DNA of 64,000 bases from Candidatus Woesebacteria bacterium RIFCSPLOWO2_01_FULL_44_24b (GCA_001793235.1 MGHM01000020.1:33677-97676); one strand, 5' to 3'; numbered from the stretch's first letter, positions 10,144-19,788 are shown. The notes: generated by a model not told the origin, from the letters alone. Made by a program: numbers and translations.

Positions 10144-10921
10144 CTCTCTCGGTTTGTCTGCAAACAGTTTCATGTTCTATTTCACTGTGCGTTCCGCACT
10201 TCTTTTCACCTTTCCCTCTCGGTACTTGTTCACTATCGGTCCTTTGTTATATTTAGCCTTGGAGGATGGTCCCCCCAGATTCCCACAGATTGTGACCGTG
10301 GTACTCAGGTGCCCACTAGGCTGATAATTAGTTTTGCTTACGCGAGTTTCACGCTCTTTGCTCATCCATTCCAGAATGTTCTGCTACCAATTATCAATGC
10401 CATATCGTGAGTCCTACAACCGATCACCCCATTAGATAAAAATATCTAACGGGGCAAAATTTGGGCTGTTGCCGTTTCGCTCGCCGCTACTTAGGCAATC
10501 TCGTTGATTTCTCTTCCTCACCCTACTTAGATGTTTCAGTTCGGATGGTTCCCTCGCCTGCAGCTATATTCCGGTAAACCGGAAATTTTACCACAGTGTG
10601 GCCCAGGATGAACTGGGCCAGGTTTCCCCATTCGGACACCGCCGGATCAAAGCTTCGTGGCAGCTCCCCGACGACTTTCGCGGCCATGTACGTCCTTCAT
10701 AGGTAACAAAGGCCAAGGTATCCACTGTTTGCATTTTTTAGACGCTTGATTCCGTACAATCCCGCTGAGCGGGACGGACACAACTCCCTCGAGTTGTATA
10801 CGGAATCGCCTTTTCTTCCAGTTGTCAAAGTACAAAATATTAGAGTTAAAGAGTAAAAGAGTAAAAGGTAAAAGTTTGGTCTTTCACTCTCTTGCTCTCT
10901 CGCTCTTTCACTCTAAGTGGG

Positions 10922-10995
10922 TGGACCTGGGCGGACTCGAACCGCCTACCTCCTCATTGCAAATGAGGTGTTCAAACCTGCTAAACTTCAGGCCC
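10922..10995 (-). tRNA. tRNA-Ala(TGC)
   Basis: Cloverleaf, loop TT-TGC-AA, G3:U70. Confidence 0.95.
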
Positions 10996-11185
10996 AAGTC
11001 TTACAGATTTTAAAAATAAATGTGCATGGTTTTTTCTTCGAAACAAAAAACCGAGCTTCTAAGCTCGGCAATCCATGAGTCCTATCCTTTTTCAGGCACG
11101 CACTAGGTGCGGCTTTGTTGTAATAGCAGATTAAAAGAAATTCTCATTAAGTTTCCGAACTTAGGTAAAAAGTATTATATAGTAC

Positions 11186-12436
11186 TTACAGAGCCCCGTC
11201 AACCAAGCTCCAAATGTCCCTGACTCCATCGCTTTTTGGCTTTCTTGGGGAGCTCATCATCTTTTCAAAGACTCCCGCCTTCAAGCACCATTGTATAAAT
11301 TCTGCAGATTTTTTGGGGTTTGCCATCAGTGGTATGCCTCGCCATTTTTTCGCTTTAGCTATCACACTCTTGTCTCTCGCCCAGAGCCGTTCTTGCTCTT
11401 CTTTTGATGGAATTAAATTGTTCCTAGCCAGAAACCAGAGATTATCATACTCCTGCCTCCCAACGGGTTGAGTAAAAAGAAGGATTACGCCACCTGTTTG
11501 CCTTGGAGTATAAAGGGCCTTAAAGGCCTGCTCGCTTGGCTTGGTCACCTCAAGTGCAAGTGTATTTTTTTGCATTACCTTCTCATAGCCCACTACCACC
11601 AGTCTGTCGTAGGAATGGCTATAAACTTCGGTGTATGCAAGCTTACCCATCTCAGCCAAAAACTGCTTAGTATAGGCCGAGTCCCTCGAGGTCACATAAA
11701 ACCTGAAACGGCTCTCAAGCTCATTTAGCCTCATGGCAAGTTCGCGGTAGAAATCAAGCCCAACGGCCGCACCTGAAACCGGCAAGCTCACTTTTATTTT
11801 GACCTTACTTTGAGCTTGAGCCTGCTTAAACTTGTACTCAAACTTGGACTCTTTGAGCTCATGCCCGAGTTTCAGGCTCAAGGGATAATGAACTACCTCA
11901 GTGTGAGGAGCGCCAAGCCTGAGCCCAGTGAGCCTACTCGGAACTATGGTGAGGTCAGCCCCGGGTACGCTCCAGGCTTGTTGGGGGCTATCATCGGTAA
12001 CGACCACAACGAGCTTGACCTCAAATCCTTCAGCCTCAAGGTCAGGTTTGATGGCACTAATCTGGTGGGCTAGCCCAAAGTGCGTAGACACAAATACCAC
12101 TCGTTTGGGGCTGGGCTTAAGGCCTGTGAGCATAGCCTCAACCTGAGGCTGAAGTGCCTTCGCCCTTAGCCTCAAGATGTGTGTATAAATGCTCGTGAAA
12201 ACACGCTCAGCAACCCCGTACTGCAGGGCTTCGGCAAGCTCACGGAAAACCGGATTATTTGAGCTCAGGCGGTGCATAAAAGTGGTGGTCGAGTCCAACG
12301 AGCTAAATAAGCTCACCCTAGCACCCTTGGGCAAGCCCTCCATCAAGGCATAAGCTACTCGAAGGTGCCCAAGGCCAGCCTTGGCAAAAGTAAGCACAAT
12401 GAGCGTGTCGGGTGAGGTAAGATTTTCGAGAGCCAT
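11186..12436 (-). CDS. Putative GT-B fold glycosyltransferase-like protein
   Basis: N-terminal AGLGH motif, STHF, VVVTD and TKP..GRQE segments resemble GT28/MGDG-synthase-like proteins. Confidence 0.55.
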   Translation of the reverse strand: MALENLTSPDTLIVLTFAKAGLGHLRVAYALMEGLPKGARVSLFSSLDSTTTFMHRLSSNNPVFRELAEALQYGVAERVFTSIYTHILRLRAKALQPQVEAMLTGLKPSPKRVVFVSTHFGLAHQISAIKPDLEAEGFEVKLVVVVTDDSPQQAWSVPGADLTIVPSRLTGLRLGAPHTEVVHYPLSLKLGHELKESKFEYKFKQAQAQSKVKIKVSLPVSGAAVGLDFYRELAMRLNELESRFRFYVTSRDSAYTKQFLAEMGKLAYTEVYSHSYDRLVVVGYEKVMQKNTLALEVTKPSEQAFKALYTPRQTGGVILLFTQPVGRQEYDNLWFLARNNLIPSKEEQERLWARDKSVIAKAKKWRGIPLMANPKKSAEFIQWCLKAGVFEKMMSSPRKPKSDGVRDIWSLVDGAL

Positions 12437-12453
12437 AATTCAGTTTACATTAT

Positions 12454-12488
12454 TGACAAACATACATACATATGTAATTATGTATGTA
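12454..12488 (+). promoter_or_regulatory. TA promoter with palindromic operator
   Basis: TTGACA followed by inverted repeat TACATACATA...TATGTATGTA abutting the ATG. Confidence 0.65.
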
Positions 12489-12748
12489 TGCCAAACCTAG
12501 TCAGAACGACCATCTTACTTCCCGAAGATTTAGCTCAAGCAGCCAAGATGAAGGCATTACAAGAGAAAAAATCCCTCAGCGAGCTGATTCGCGAGACACT
12601 TGAGCCCAGAGTTTCCGGAGCCAAACCTGCTAAACCAGCTGGCGACCCAATGGCCAGCTTGGGAGTGTTTAAGATTGGAATCGATAAAATATACAACAGA
12701 CGATCTGAGCTATATGAAGAGCACCTCCAAAACAAACTCAGTGGCTAA
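12488..12748 (+). CDS. RHH/CopG-type antitoxin
   Basis: RTTILLPEDL...SLSELIRE ribbon-helix-helix pattern; overlaps the PIN gene. Confidence 0.8.
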   Translation: MPNLVRTTILLPEDLAQAAKMKALQEKKSLSELIRETLEPRVSGAKPAKPAGDPMASLGVFKIGIDKIYNRRSELYEEHLQNKLSG

Positions 12749-13178
12749 ACAAGTACTTTTCGACACAAATGTGCTTATATATTCGCTCGACTCAGCATCG
12801 CCTCAATTTGAGGCTGTGCGCAAATTGTTTGCCAGAGTAAAAAATGGTGAGATTGAGGCTGTTGCCGCTCATCAAAACATCGTTGAGACAGAAAATGTAC
12901 TCGTCAATATCTATAAGAAGAGCTTAGATGAGGCAAGAGACGCAATTGACAATGTCTTGTTTAGCTTCAATTTCAGCTTAATCTGTCCGCTTCCGAGCAC
13001 AATTTCGTTATATCACAGACTAATCCAAAGGTACTCAAGCAAGACTAAAATTGATATCTATGATATTTATTTAGCCTCGACTACGCTCGTTAACGGAGTA
13101 GACTCGATAGCAACATACAATACCAAGCATTTCGAAGGCCTTGGGATTACTGTTATTTCTCCTGGAATTGGTACTTGA
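12741..13178 (+). CDS. PIN-domain (VapC-like) toxin
   Basis: FDTNVLIY, E, D and TYNTKHF motifs; GTG start at 12741. Confidence 0.88.
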   Translation: MAKQVLFDTNVLIYSLDSASPQFEAVRKLFARVKNGEIEAVAAHQNIVETENVLVNIYKKSLDEARDAIDNVLFSFNFSLICPLPSTISLYHRLIQRYSSKTKIDIYDIYLASTTLVNGVDSIATYNTKHFEGLGITVISPGIGT

Positions 13179-13203
13179 CACCTATCACTCTCTGTTGTAT
13201 ATT
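13175..13203 (+). promoter_or_regulatory. Sigma70 promoter preceding a long non-coding segment
   Basis: TTGACA-N17-TATATT. Confidence 0.7.
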
Positions 13204-13514
13204 GCTAACTATCAATTAGTACTTCTTTAATCTTCTATATAACGATTAGCTTAATCTACTAAATAAATATTAGATTTTAAACATCCATTTGATTTTCCCG
13301 GAGCGGGGTTTTTGTTTCAATAGACTTGTTTTAGAGGAGGGGCATCCTGTTCCTTTTGGGAACAGGGCTCCCCTTCTGAGACACAGTCTCAGAACTTTTC
13401 CATCGGAAACGAACAATAGAAAGGTAAACAATTGCTGTTTACTCATTACTATTTATTAGTGACCGGTGAAGTACCTTAACATTGCAAGCGATTCTGTGAA
13501 GCTCATCAAAGAGC

Positions 13515-14069
13515 CTAACTCTTTTTGCTAAATGGCAGTAAATCTTTTTTGGTAAGAAGTACGGAGCGAAGGCAAGTTTTCAAAAGTGCATAGCTGGGCT
13601 TAGCCTGAAAGCCAATGTAACAAATAGTTTTCCCGGCCGCCTGGCATTCAGAAACTGCTGGAATTAAATCCGAGTCGGAGCTAATTAAATATGCGGTGTC
13701 GTATTTATCACGAAAGGCACCAACCAAAAGTCGGGTTGCGATATTTACATCAACGCCCTTTTTGTGGTAAGCCTTAGCAACCTTAAGCATATAACCAAGC
13801 TATACCTCAATGCCTTGACCAATAAGATTGCCAACAAGAATATTCTGAGAGCGAAATAGTTCGTAACTTTTAGGATTATTTCTCTCAGTTCTGATAGCGC
13901 CGACAAAATAAACCGAACGTATCAGTTTTTCGGTCTTAACCAGAGACTTAAAAAAGCCCATATATGAAAACTTAAGGCTACCTCTGATACCAAGATCTTT
14001 AAGGCGGTGGTAAAAATTACTGCCGTCCACAAAGACAACTGCACGAGGTTTGGAGGATTTCTTGCTCAT
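13515..14069 (-). pseudogene. NYN-domain (LabA/DUF88) nuclease with internal TAG
   Basis: FVDGSN, KGVDV and LISSDSDLIP motifs; the two track ORFs share one frame, separated by TAG at 13800-13802. Confidence 0.85.
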
Positions 14070-14321
14070 TATTAAATGTAGCACAAAAATACCCCGTGAC
14101 TAAAAAATCACGGGGGGAGTTAGTAAAAGTATAGTAGCAAAAAGAAGTTGATATTTCAAGTATTAAAAAGGCTTATACAGGCTTTTTGACGAGCTTCACA
14201 GTAAGAAAGCCCCACGTCGCTCCATTCGGAGCTATGTTAGGGGTGAAAAAAGAAAGAAGTGCTCGCCATGTGGCGAAGCTTTACGTGGACTTCTTGTGGG
14301 TCACACAGAGGTTAGGAATGA

Positions 14322-14397
14322 AGTAGCAAGTAGAATGTAGAAAGTAGTATGGGAATTTTGTATCTCCCTTGCTACATGCTTCATGCTACATACTACA
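14322..14397. repeat. Inverted 4x heptamer arrays (WGTAGHA / THCTACA) with a 9-nt spacer
   Basis: Read directly; same unit as the arrays at 57549-57978. Confidence 0.85.
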
Positions 14398-14460
14398 TGT
14401 TTCCTAGCTTCTCTGTGACTCAATAAGGAGTTCACTAATCATGTCCAAGGAGGACAAGAA

Positions 14461-15777
14461 ATGCGTACATGGATTATCGGATTAATTGTGGTAGTCGCCA
14501 CACTTTCTGTCGGCCTACTGCCAGCAATGGCGTGGGATGGGCATGTCGATGTATCTTATTCGTGCGACGGCGGGCTCACGTATTACGAGGCTTCTGCTTC
14601 GTCGTCGTGGCCTGGTTTTCAGGTTGATTGGGGGGGAGATTCCCATCGAGGGAGTCTCTCTGAAGGAGAATCTGCATCAGGCACAGCCGTGTTTTTCTGG
14701 CCGGAAGTAGGTCATCACTTTACGGCTTCATGGTCGGCAGAATTTCAGGTAGAATGCCAATCTGAAGAACCAAACCATCCGCCACGGCGCACCGTTGTGC
14801 ACCACAACAACCGACCTCGCCCATTCAACACAATGTGCGTTTTGAACAACCCAGATGGGCTGTTCTCAAGCGGTGGCGTTGAGGGGCTCAACGGCGCGTT
14901 CTGGACCTACCAGAATGATGGCGGCTATGAGGGGAACCTTGTGGTTGCAAACATCAACTGGCGAACGTCTGACGGCACAAGTTTCGTGCTAGCGGGAGAC
15001 CCTTCTGGGAATTCCACACAGGCTAGGGTTGTCGACTTAGACAACGCCAATCCCTGGTCACGCTGTGAGTTGGTTCAGCCCGAGTCGCAAGGCCAAGGTG
15101 GTGGTCCAGCAAATCTTCCTGAAATTCAGGATTGGTGGTGGGACGTAGTCTACACCAAGGAAGAGGCTGAACTTATCTACTTGCGAGTGTCGAACATTTT
15201 TGAGGATGAACGTGATCCTGCATTCTGCTGGGAACACGCTCCTGAAAAACCACCCGCGTGGGTACGTGTCCGTATCATGAATGGTGAGGAGCTCATCATG
15301 AGTTTCGAGCCGACTTTCATTGAGACGGAGCGCCGGCCCAACAATATTAGTTGCTGGGAATGGGAGTACAACCTTCTACCTGATTGGCATGTGCTTTATG
15401 ACGCCCAGTTCGTAGGGGTTCCGCTTATCACTGAGCGAGTCGACATCTCATATCGTGGGATGGAAAAACCGGCAGCTGGATGGTGGAATGTTCACGAAGA
15501 AGGTCTGGCTCTCTACCCCGGTGACGATGAGTCCCTGCTGTCAGCAGAGATGAACTTCGCACTCAATATTGAGAGCGAAGAAGTTGCTAAAGTAGAAGCC
15601 GAAGAAACGGTAGAATACACCGTTGTCCCAACAGACACGCTGAGCGGCATTTGTGCGCAATTCGGCGCAAACCAGATTTATGGCCAGTCAGGCTGTATCG
15701 AGCAGGTCAAACTGCTTAATGGCCTTGAAGGGTCAATGATCACGGTTGGCCAGGTGCTGATCGTCCCGCAAAGCTAG
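14461..15777 (+). CDS. Secreted acidic protein with C-terminal LysM domain
   Basis: Signal peptide; YTVVPTDTLSGI...LNGL...ITVGQVLIVP LysM pattern; AAGGAGG Shine-Dalgarno. Confidence 0.85.
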   Translation: MRTWIIGLIVVVATLSVGLLPAMAWDGHVDVSYSCDGGLTYYEASASSSWPGFQVDWGGDSHRGSLSEGESASGTAVFFWPEVGHHFTASWSAEFQVECQSEEPNHPPRRTVVHHNNRPRPFNTMCVLNNPDGLFSSGGVEGLNGAFWTYQNDGGYEGNLVVANINWRTSDGTSFVLAGDPSGNSTQARVVDLDNANPWSRCELVQPESQGQGGGPANLPEIQDWWWDVVYTKEEAELIYLRVSNIFEDERDPAFCWEHAPEKPPAWVRVRIMNGEELIMSFEPTFIETERRPNNISCWEWEYNLLPDWHVLYDAQFVGVPLITERVDISYRGMEKPAAGWWNVHEEGLALYPGDDESLLSAEMNFALNIESEEVAKVEAEETVEYTVVPTDTLSGICAQFGANQIYGQSGCIEQVKLLNGLEGSMITVGQVLIVPQS

Positions 15778-16308
15778 TCTCACTAAAAAGTGAAACGAAC
15801 ACCTCCCTTTCCATTTGCAATAGAACGCAAATCCGAATACTACGCTTGAAAGACAACGTGGCTAGCCTTTACGGCAAGTAGGATTATGCAGTCTATAGCA
15901 TACAACGATAGCCGCTAACACAGGGCGAATCAGGGACTTGTTAGTAGTTTTACTTCTCTTTCTTTCCTAGCTTCGGCTAGTTAAATCGCATTGCAACTCG
16001 CTCAGCTTAAGCTGACGCACGAAATTTCCGTTCGCGGAAACTGGTGCTCGGTCTAAGATCCGTAGCGAGTTTGACTTTATTTCAGGTGGAGATAGCTCTG
16101 CTTGAGGAAGATTGGAAATTTGGGAAATCCGTGCGGATTTCATTTTAGGAATTTATTCCTAATCTCTAAACCATTTTCTCCTTTCATCTTTTCCTCTCGC
16201 CTCTCTATCTCCCCCTGTACCATTTACCGGTGTATGCCGGTACTGAAGAGCTCAAAAGAGCGAAATGGTAGTACTTTAAAATCTAAAACGAAGTTGGTAT
16301 ATTGGAGT

Positions 16309-16623
16309 ATGGCAAAGAGGAGAACGCTGACTCAGGCCGATGTTGATGTTTTGAAAAAAGAAGTCTCATCTGCGGTATTGAAAGCAGTAGTACCTCAGAT
16401 AAAGACAGCCGTGTCTTTGGTAATAACAACGGAGTTATCCGAACAGGAAGAAAAATACGAGAAGAAGCTCGAGGAGTTCAAAAGCGAGTTCTTTGACAGG
16501 GTTGATCCTATTCTCAAGGAAGTTCCTGCAAGCCGTGAAGAACGGACAGTTCAGGCACATCAAATCGCCAATCTTTCAGACAGAGTTGAGAAGGTTGAAA
16601 AACACCTCGGACTGGCAGCTTAA
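16309..16623 (+). CDS. Small coiled-coil hypothetical protein
   Basis: ATG at 16309 after TATATT/GGAG; heptad-rich C-terminus. Confidence 0.7.
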   Translation: MAKRRTLTQADVDVLKKEVSSAVLKAVVPQIKTAVSLVITTELSEQEEKYEKKLEEFKSEFFDRVDPILKEVPASREERTVQAHQIANLSDRVEKVEKHLGLAA

Positions 16624-16736
16624 CCCAACTTCATAATAGTGAGTAGTGCAAAATGGTTAGCCATTTCTAGTTGACCATTTTTCATTACTCACTACCCAGT
16701 TATAACAAATACTAGATAGTAGAATTACTAGATAAC

Positions 16737-16770
16737 AAAAATCCCCCATCGAAAGGTGGGGGATTTTTTG
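16737..16770. terminator. Bidirectional intrinsic terminator
   Basis: AAAAATCCCC-CATCGAAAGGTG-GGGGATTTTTT. Confidence 0.7.
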
Positions 16771-16821
16771 TGGCTTAAATTTACTTATCAGCCTCGGTAT
16801 GGTACTATTTTCGTACTTCTG

Positions 16822-16893
16822 GGGTGCGTGGCTCAGTGGTAGAGCGTCGTCCTGATAAGACGAAGGTCGATGGTTCGATCCCATCCGCACCCA
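16822..16893 (+). tRNA. tRNA-Ile(GAT)
   Basis: Cloverleaf, loop CT-GAT-AA. Confidence 0.95.
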
Positions 16894-16921
16894 CCCAACC
16901 TACTTCTGATACAATTAAATC

Positions 16922-19054
16922 ATGGCTGAGCTAACTACTCTTTTTCTCAAAGTCCCCCGCGGCAATGAATATACTCCTGAGGCGGCGCAGACTTTTTTAT
17001 CCGCCTTAACCCAGCTTAATTTTCTTTCCCGCTGGGAAAGACTCACCGGCAGGCACCCTCAGCCTTTGGCCCTTGAGATTGTCCTTCATAACCAACAAAT
17101 CCGCTTTATGATTGCCGCAGACGCGGAGCTTGCGCCATTTGTGGAGGCGCAGCTCCAAAGTAACTACCCCCTCGTTATAGTCGAAAAAACTAAAGACCCA
17201 TTGTCTCAAGCAGGAATTTTAAACACGCAAACATTAAAACTTGCCCACGGCAATTACTATCCACTTATGACTTACCCCAGTTTTACCGATGTGGACCCGT
17301 TAAGCTCGGTGCTTACAGTTTTGTCCAAAGCCCCGGCGGAGGAGCTAATAATAATTCAAATTGCGCTCGAGGCAATAAGCGGCTCGTGGCAGCAGGCTAC
17401 TCAAAAAACTCTTGAGCGTGGCATTCGTGACCGCGAAGGCAACACCACTCCCCTTCCGGACGCCGCGATTATAAATGAGAAAATAAGTTTTCCCGGCTTT
17501 GGAGTGACTTTGCGAATTGCAGCCAAGCAAAAACATACACTAAATACTTTAGTCAGTGCCTTTGGGGTATTTACAAAAACGGGCGGCAATTCCATTTCTG
17601 TTAAAAAGAAGGGCTTGCTTTCCAAAGACCGGACGCTTGATTACCTTGTTTCAAGGCGCGTTAGCGGAAGCGATGTTTTAAATATTGCCGAGCTCGCGAC
17701 TCTTTGGCACTTGCCAAGCGAGAAAGTCAAAATCAGCTCGATTGTCTGGGGCAATGCAGTCCTTTCAGAGGCTCCGGACAACTTGCCATCGGCCCTTGGA
17801 ATGAGCGAGGATGAGCGCAAGGAAGTCAACTTTTTTGCCAAAACTCAGTTTAAAAATACCGAGGCGATATTCGGGCTAAAGGATGTGGACCGCAGGCGCC
17901 ACGTCTGGGTTGTCGGCAAAACCGGAACCGGTAAGTCAACTCTCATTGCCAACATGGTTATTGATGACCTGAAAAAAGGCCGGGGTGTGGCAGTCATTGA
18001 CCCACATGGCGACCTTTGCGAGACGGTCCTCAACTACATTCCAAAAAACAGGATTAACGAAACTATATACTTTAACCCGGCGGACAGAGATTATCCAATT
18101 GTCATTAATCCCCTGGAAGTAAACACCAAAGAGGAAGCGGAGCTTGTAGTTTCCGGGCTTATGTCAATTTTTACCAAAGTCTGGGCCAACGTCTGGTCTG
18201 CCCGCATGGAGTATATACTTAGAAACTCGCTTCTGAGTTTAGCCGAAATCCCGGGTTCAACGTTGATTGATGTCTTGAGGCTTCTGTCCGAAGAAGATTA
18301 TAGAAACAAAATGGTTCAGAAAATGCATGACGAGACCTTGAAAAGCTTCTGGGTCAATGAATTTAATAAAATGCCAGACAAACTCCGCGCCGAGGCAGTC
18401 TCGCCGATTCAAAACAAAGTCGGCCAATTTGTGACTTCCCCCATGGTAAGGAGTATCTTAAGCCAGTCAAAAAGCACAATATCTCTGGGACAGGTTATGG
18501 ACCGCGGCATGATATTTTTGGCCAACCTTTCCCAGGGGCGCTTGGGCGAGGACAATGCGGCCTTACTCGGGGCAACTCTCATCACTAAGTTTCAACTGGC
18601 CGCAATGCACAGGGTTGATGTCCCCGAGAGTGAGCGCCATGATTTCCACTTGTTTGTGGATGAGTTCCAAAATTTTGCAACTGACAGCTTCATCAAAATT
18701 CTCTCAGAAGCCCGGAAATACAGGCTTAACTTGATGCTTGCCAACCAATACATGGGGCAAATTCCAGAGGGTGTCCAGAAGGCAATTTTAGGAAATGCCG
18801 GTTCACTCGTGAGCTTTTCGGTTGGTGCTGACGACGCGGCCATTATTCACAAAGAATATGCCGAGGTTTTCTCACAAAATGATTTGGTGAATTTGGCGAA
18901 CTTCCAGATTGCGGTGAAGCTTATGATTGATGGCCACAGCACCCGACCGTTTCTGGCCCACACTCTCCCGCTCCCTGCATCAAGTAACCTGAATAAACAA
19001 AAAGTATTGGAGGTTTCAAGACAGAGATGGAGTAAGAAGATTAAAGAGGGTTAG
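16922..19054 (+). CDS. VirD4/TraD/HerA-like P-loop ATPase (coupling-protein-like)
   Basis: GKTGTGKST, VIDPHGDL, LFVDEFQNF and SEARKY motifs. Confidence 0.88.
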   Translation: MAELTTLFLKVPRGNEYTPEAAQTFLSALTQLNFLSRWERLTGRHPQPLALEIVLHNQQIRFMIAADAELAPFVEAQLQSNYPLVIVEKTKDPLSQAGILNTQTLKLAHGNYYPLMTYPSFTDVDPLSSVLTVLSKAPAEELIIIQIALEAISGSWQQATQKTLERGIRDREGNTTPLPDAAIINEKISFPGFGVTLRIAAKQKHTLNTLVSAFGVFTKTGGNSISVKKKGLLSKDRTLDYLVSRRVSGSDVLNIAELATLWHLPSEKVKISSIVWGNAVLSEAPDNLPSALGMSEDERKEVNFFAKTQFKNTEAIFGLKDVDRRRHVWVVGKTGTGKSTLIANMVIDDLKKGRGVAVIDPHGDLCETVLNYIPKNRINETIYFNPADRDYPIVINPLEVNTKEEAELVVSGLMSIFTKVWANVWSARMEYILRNSLLSLAEIPGSTLIDVLRLLSEEDYRNKMVQKMHDETLKSFWVNEFNKMPDKLRAEAVSPIQNKVGQFVTSPMVRSILSQSKSTISLGQVMDRGMIFLANLSQGRLGEDNAALLGATLITKFQLAAMHRVDVPESERHDFHLFVDEFQNFATDSFIKILSEARKYRLNLMLANQYMGQIPEGVQKAILGNAGSLVSFSVGADDAAIIHKEYAEVFSQNDLVNLANFQIAVKLMIDGHSTRPFLAHTLPLPASSNLNKQKVLEVSRQRWSKKIKEG

Positions 19055-19768
19055 TTATCTGTTGTTCCACCAGTCTCGAAGTTCATCAATCACTTCTCCC
19101 GTTTCTTCCCTTAACTCACCAAGTATTTCTTCGGCCTGCTCGGCTGTGTCATTTAAGAATTCCCGTGCCTCATCTGTAAAATCAGGGCACTGTATCGTTT
19201 CGCCTGTGTGATTGATAATTTCGTCCAAGGCATAATAGGGTGCCGTAACTTCCCCACCAGGTAATGGTAAGGCCTCATCGTCAAGCACTCGTCCCGAGGT
19301 TGCATTAATCCTGAGGCCGTATGGCAATGCTTCACTCTCGGTAACTGGCCAGTAATATACATTAAACTCGTCGTCTGTTCTTGCAAGAGGCTCTCTTTTG
19401 CCCAAATGTGGTTCTGCCATTTCTAAAGTGCAATTCACATTATCCATAAAACCGTATACTTGGCCTTGCCCGTCTGCCAAGACTGCTACAACTCTGTTTC
19501 TATCGGGACCGAATATATCTTGTCTATACTCCAGATAGCCTATAATTCTGGGCGACTCTAGGGCGACTTGACCTTCTCTTCTATCTATCGCAGTTAATGC
19601 TCGAATATTTGCTGCATCTGTTGCCGCATACGGATCAGTCTCTGGAGTTGCTTCTTGTGTTGGATTTTGCTCTAGAGTTTGCAAGAAGACAGGAGCGAAG
19701 AAGCTTACTCCTCCTGCGGCCGCTAACTCAATAAACTCTCTTCTTGTTAAACCCTTTCTTTCTTCCAC
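19055..19768 (-). CDS. Hypothetical protein with twin-arginine-like N-terminus
   Basis: LTRREFI followed by a short hydrophobic stretch. Confidence 0.65.
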   Translation of the reverse strand: MEERKGLTRREFIELAAAGGVSFFAPVFLQTLEQNPTQEATPETDPYAATDAANIRALTAIDRREGQVALESPRIIGYLEYRQDIFGPDRNRVVAVLADGQGQVYGFMDNVNCTLEMAEPHLGKREPLARTDDEFNVYYWPVTESEALPYGLRINATSGRVLDDEALPLPGGEVTAPYYALDEIINHTGETIQCPDFTDEAREFLNDTAEQAEEILGELREETGEVIDELRDWWNNR

Positions 19769-19788
19769 AACTTATTATACTTGAGGTG

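Larger units (their letters stand above)
13210..16290 (+). ncRNA. Candidate large structured RNA with ORFs in its loops (non-coding parts about 13210-13516, 14179-14460, 15778-16290)
   Basis: Nested long-range stems 13270-13281/16275-16286, 13482-13493/15984-15996 and 13494-13516/14179-14201; many local hairpins, UUCG loops and G:U pairs favouring the + strand. Confidence 0.55.

Noticed and set aside
13800-13802. TAG recoding or readthrough in the NYN gene
   Set aside because: TAG and TGA end many normal genes in this window, and the gene also has altered conserved acidic residues, so decay is simpler
13270-16286. IS or transposon with 12-bp terminal inverted repeats
   Set aside because: No transposase and no target-site duplication; the match is AT-rich and counts only as one of several nested stems
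15790-16290. tmRNA, RNase P or group II intron
   Set aside because: No tRNA-Ala-like ends, no GAGGAAAGUCC and no recognisable domain V
16102-16308. N-terminal extension of the 16102-16623 ORF
   Set aside because: Overlaps strong hairpins; the ATG at 16309 has its own -10/GGAG signals
16922-19054. Conjugative element
   Set aside because: No relaxase, integrase or other T4SS genes nearby; solitary ATPases of this type are common in CPR chromosomes
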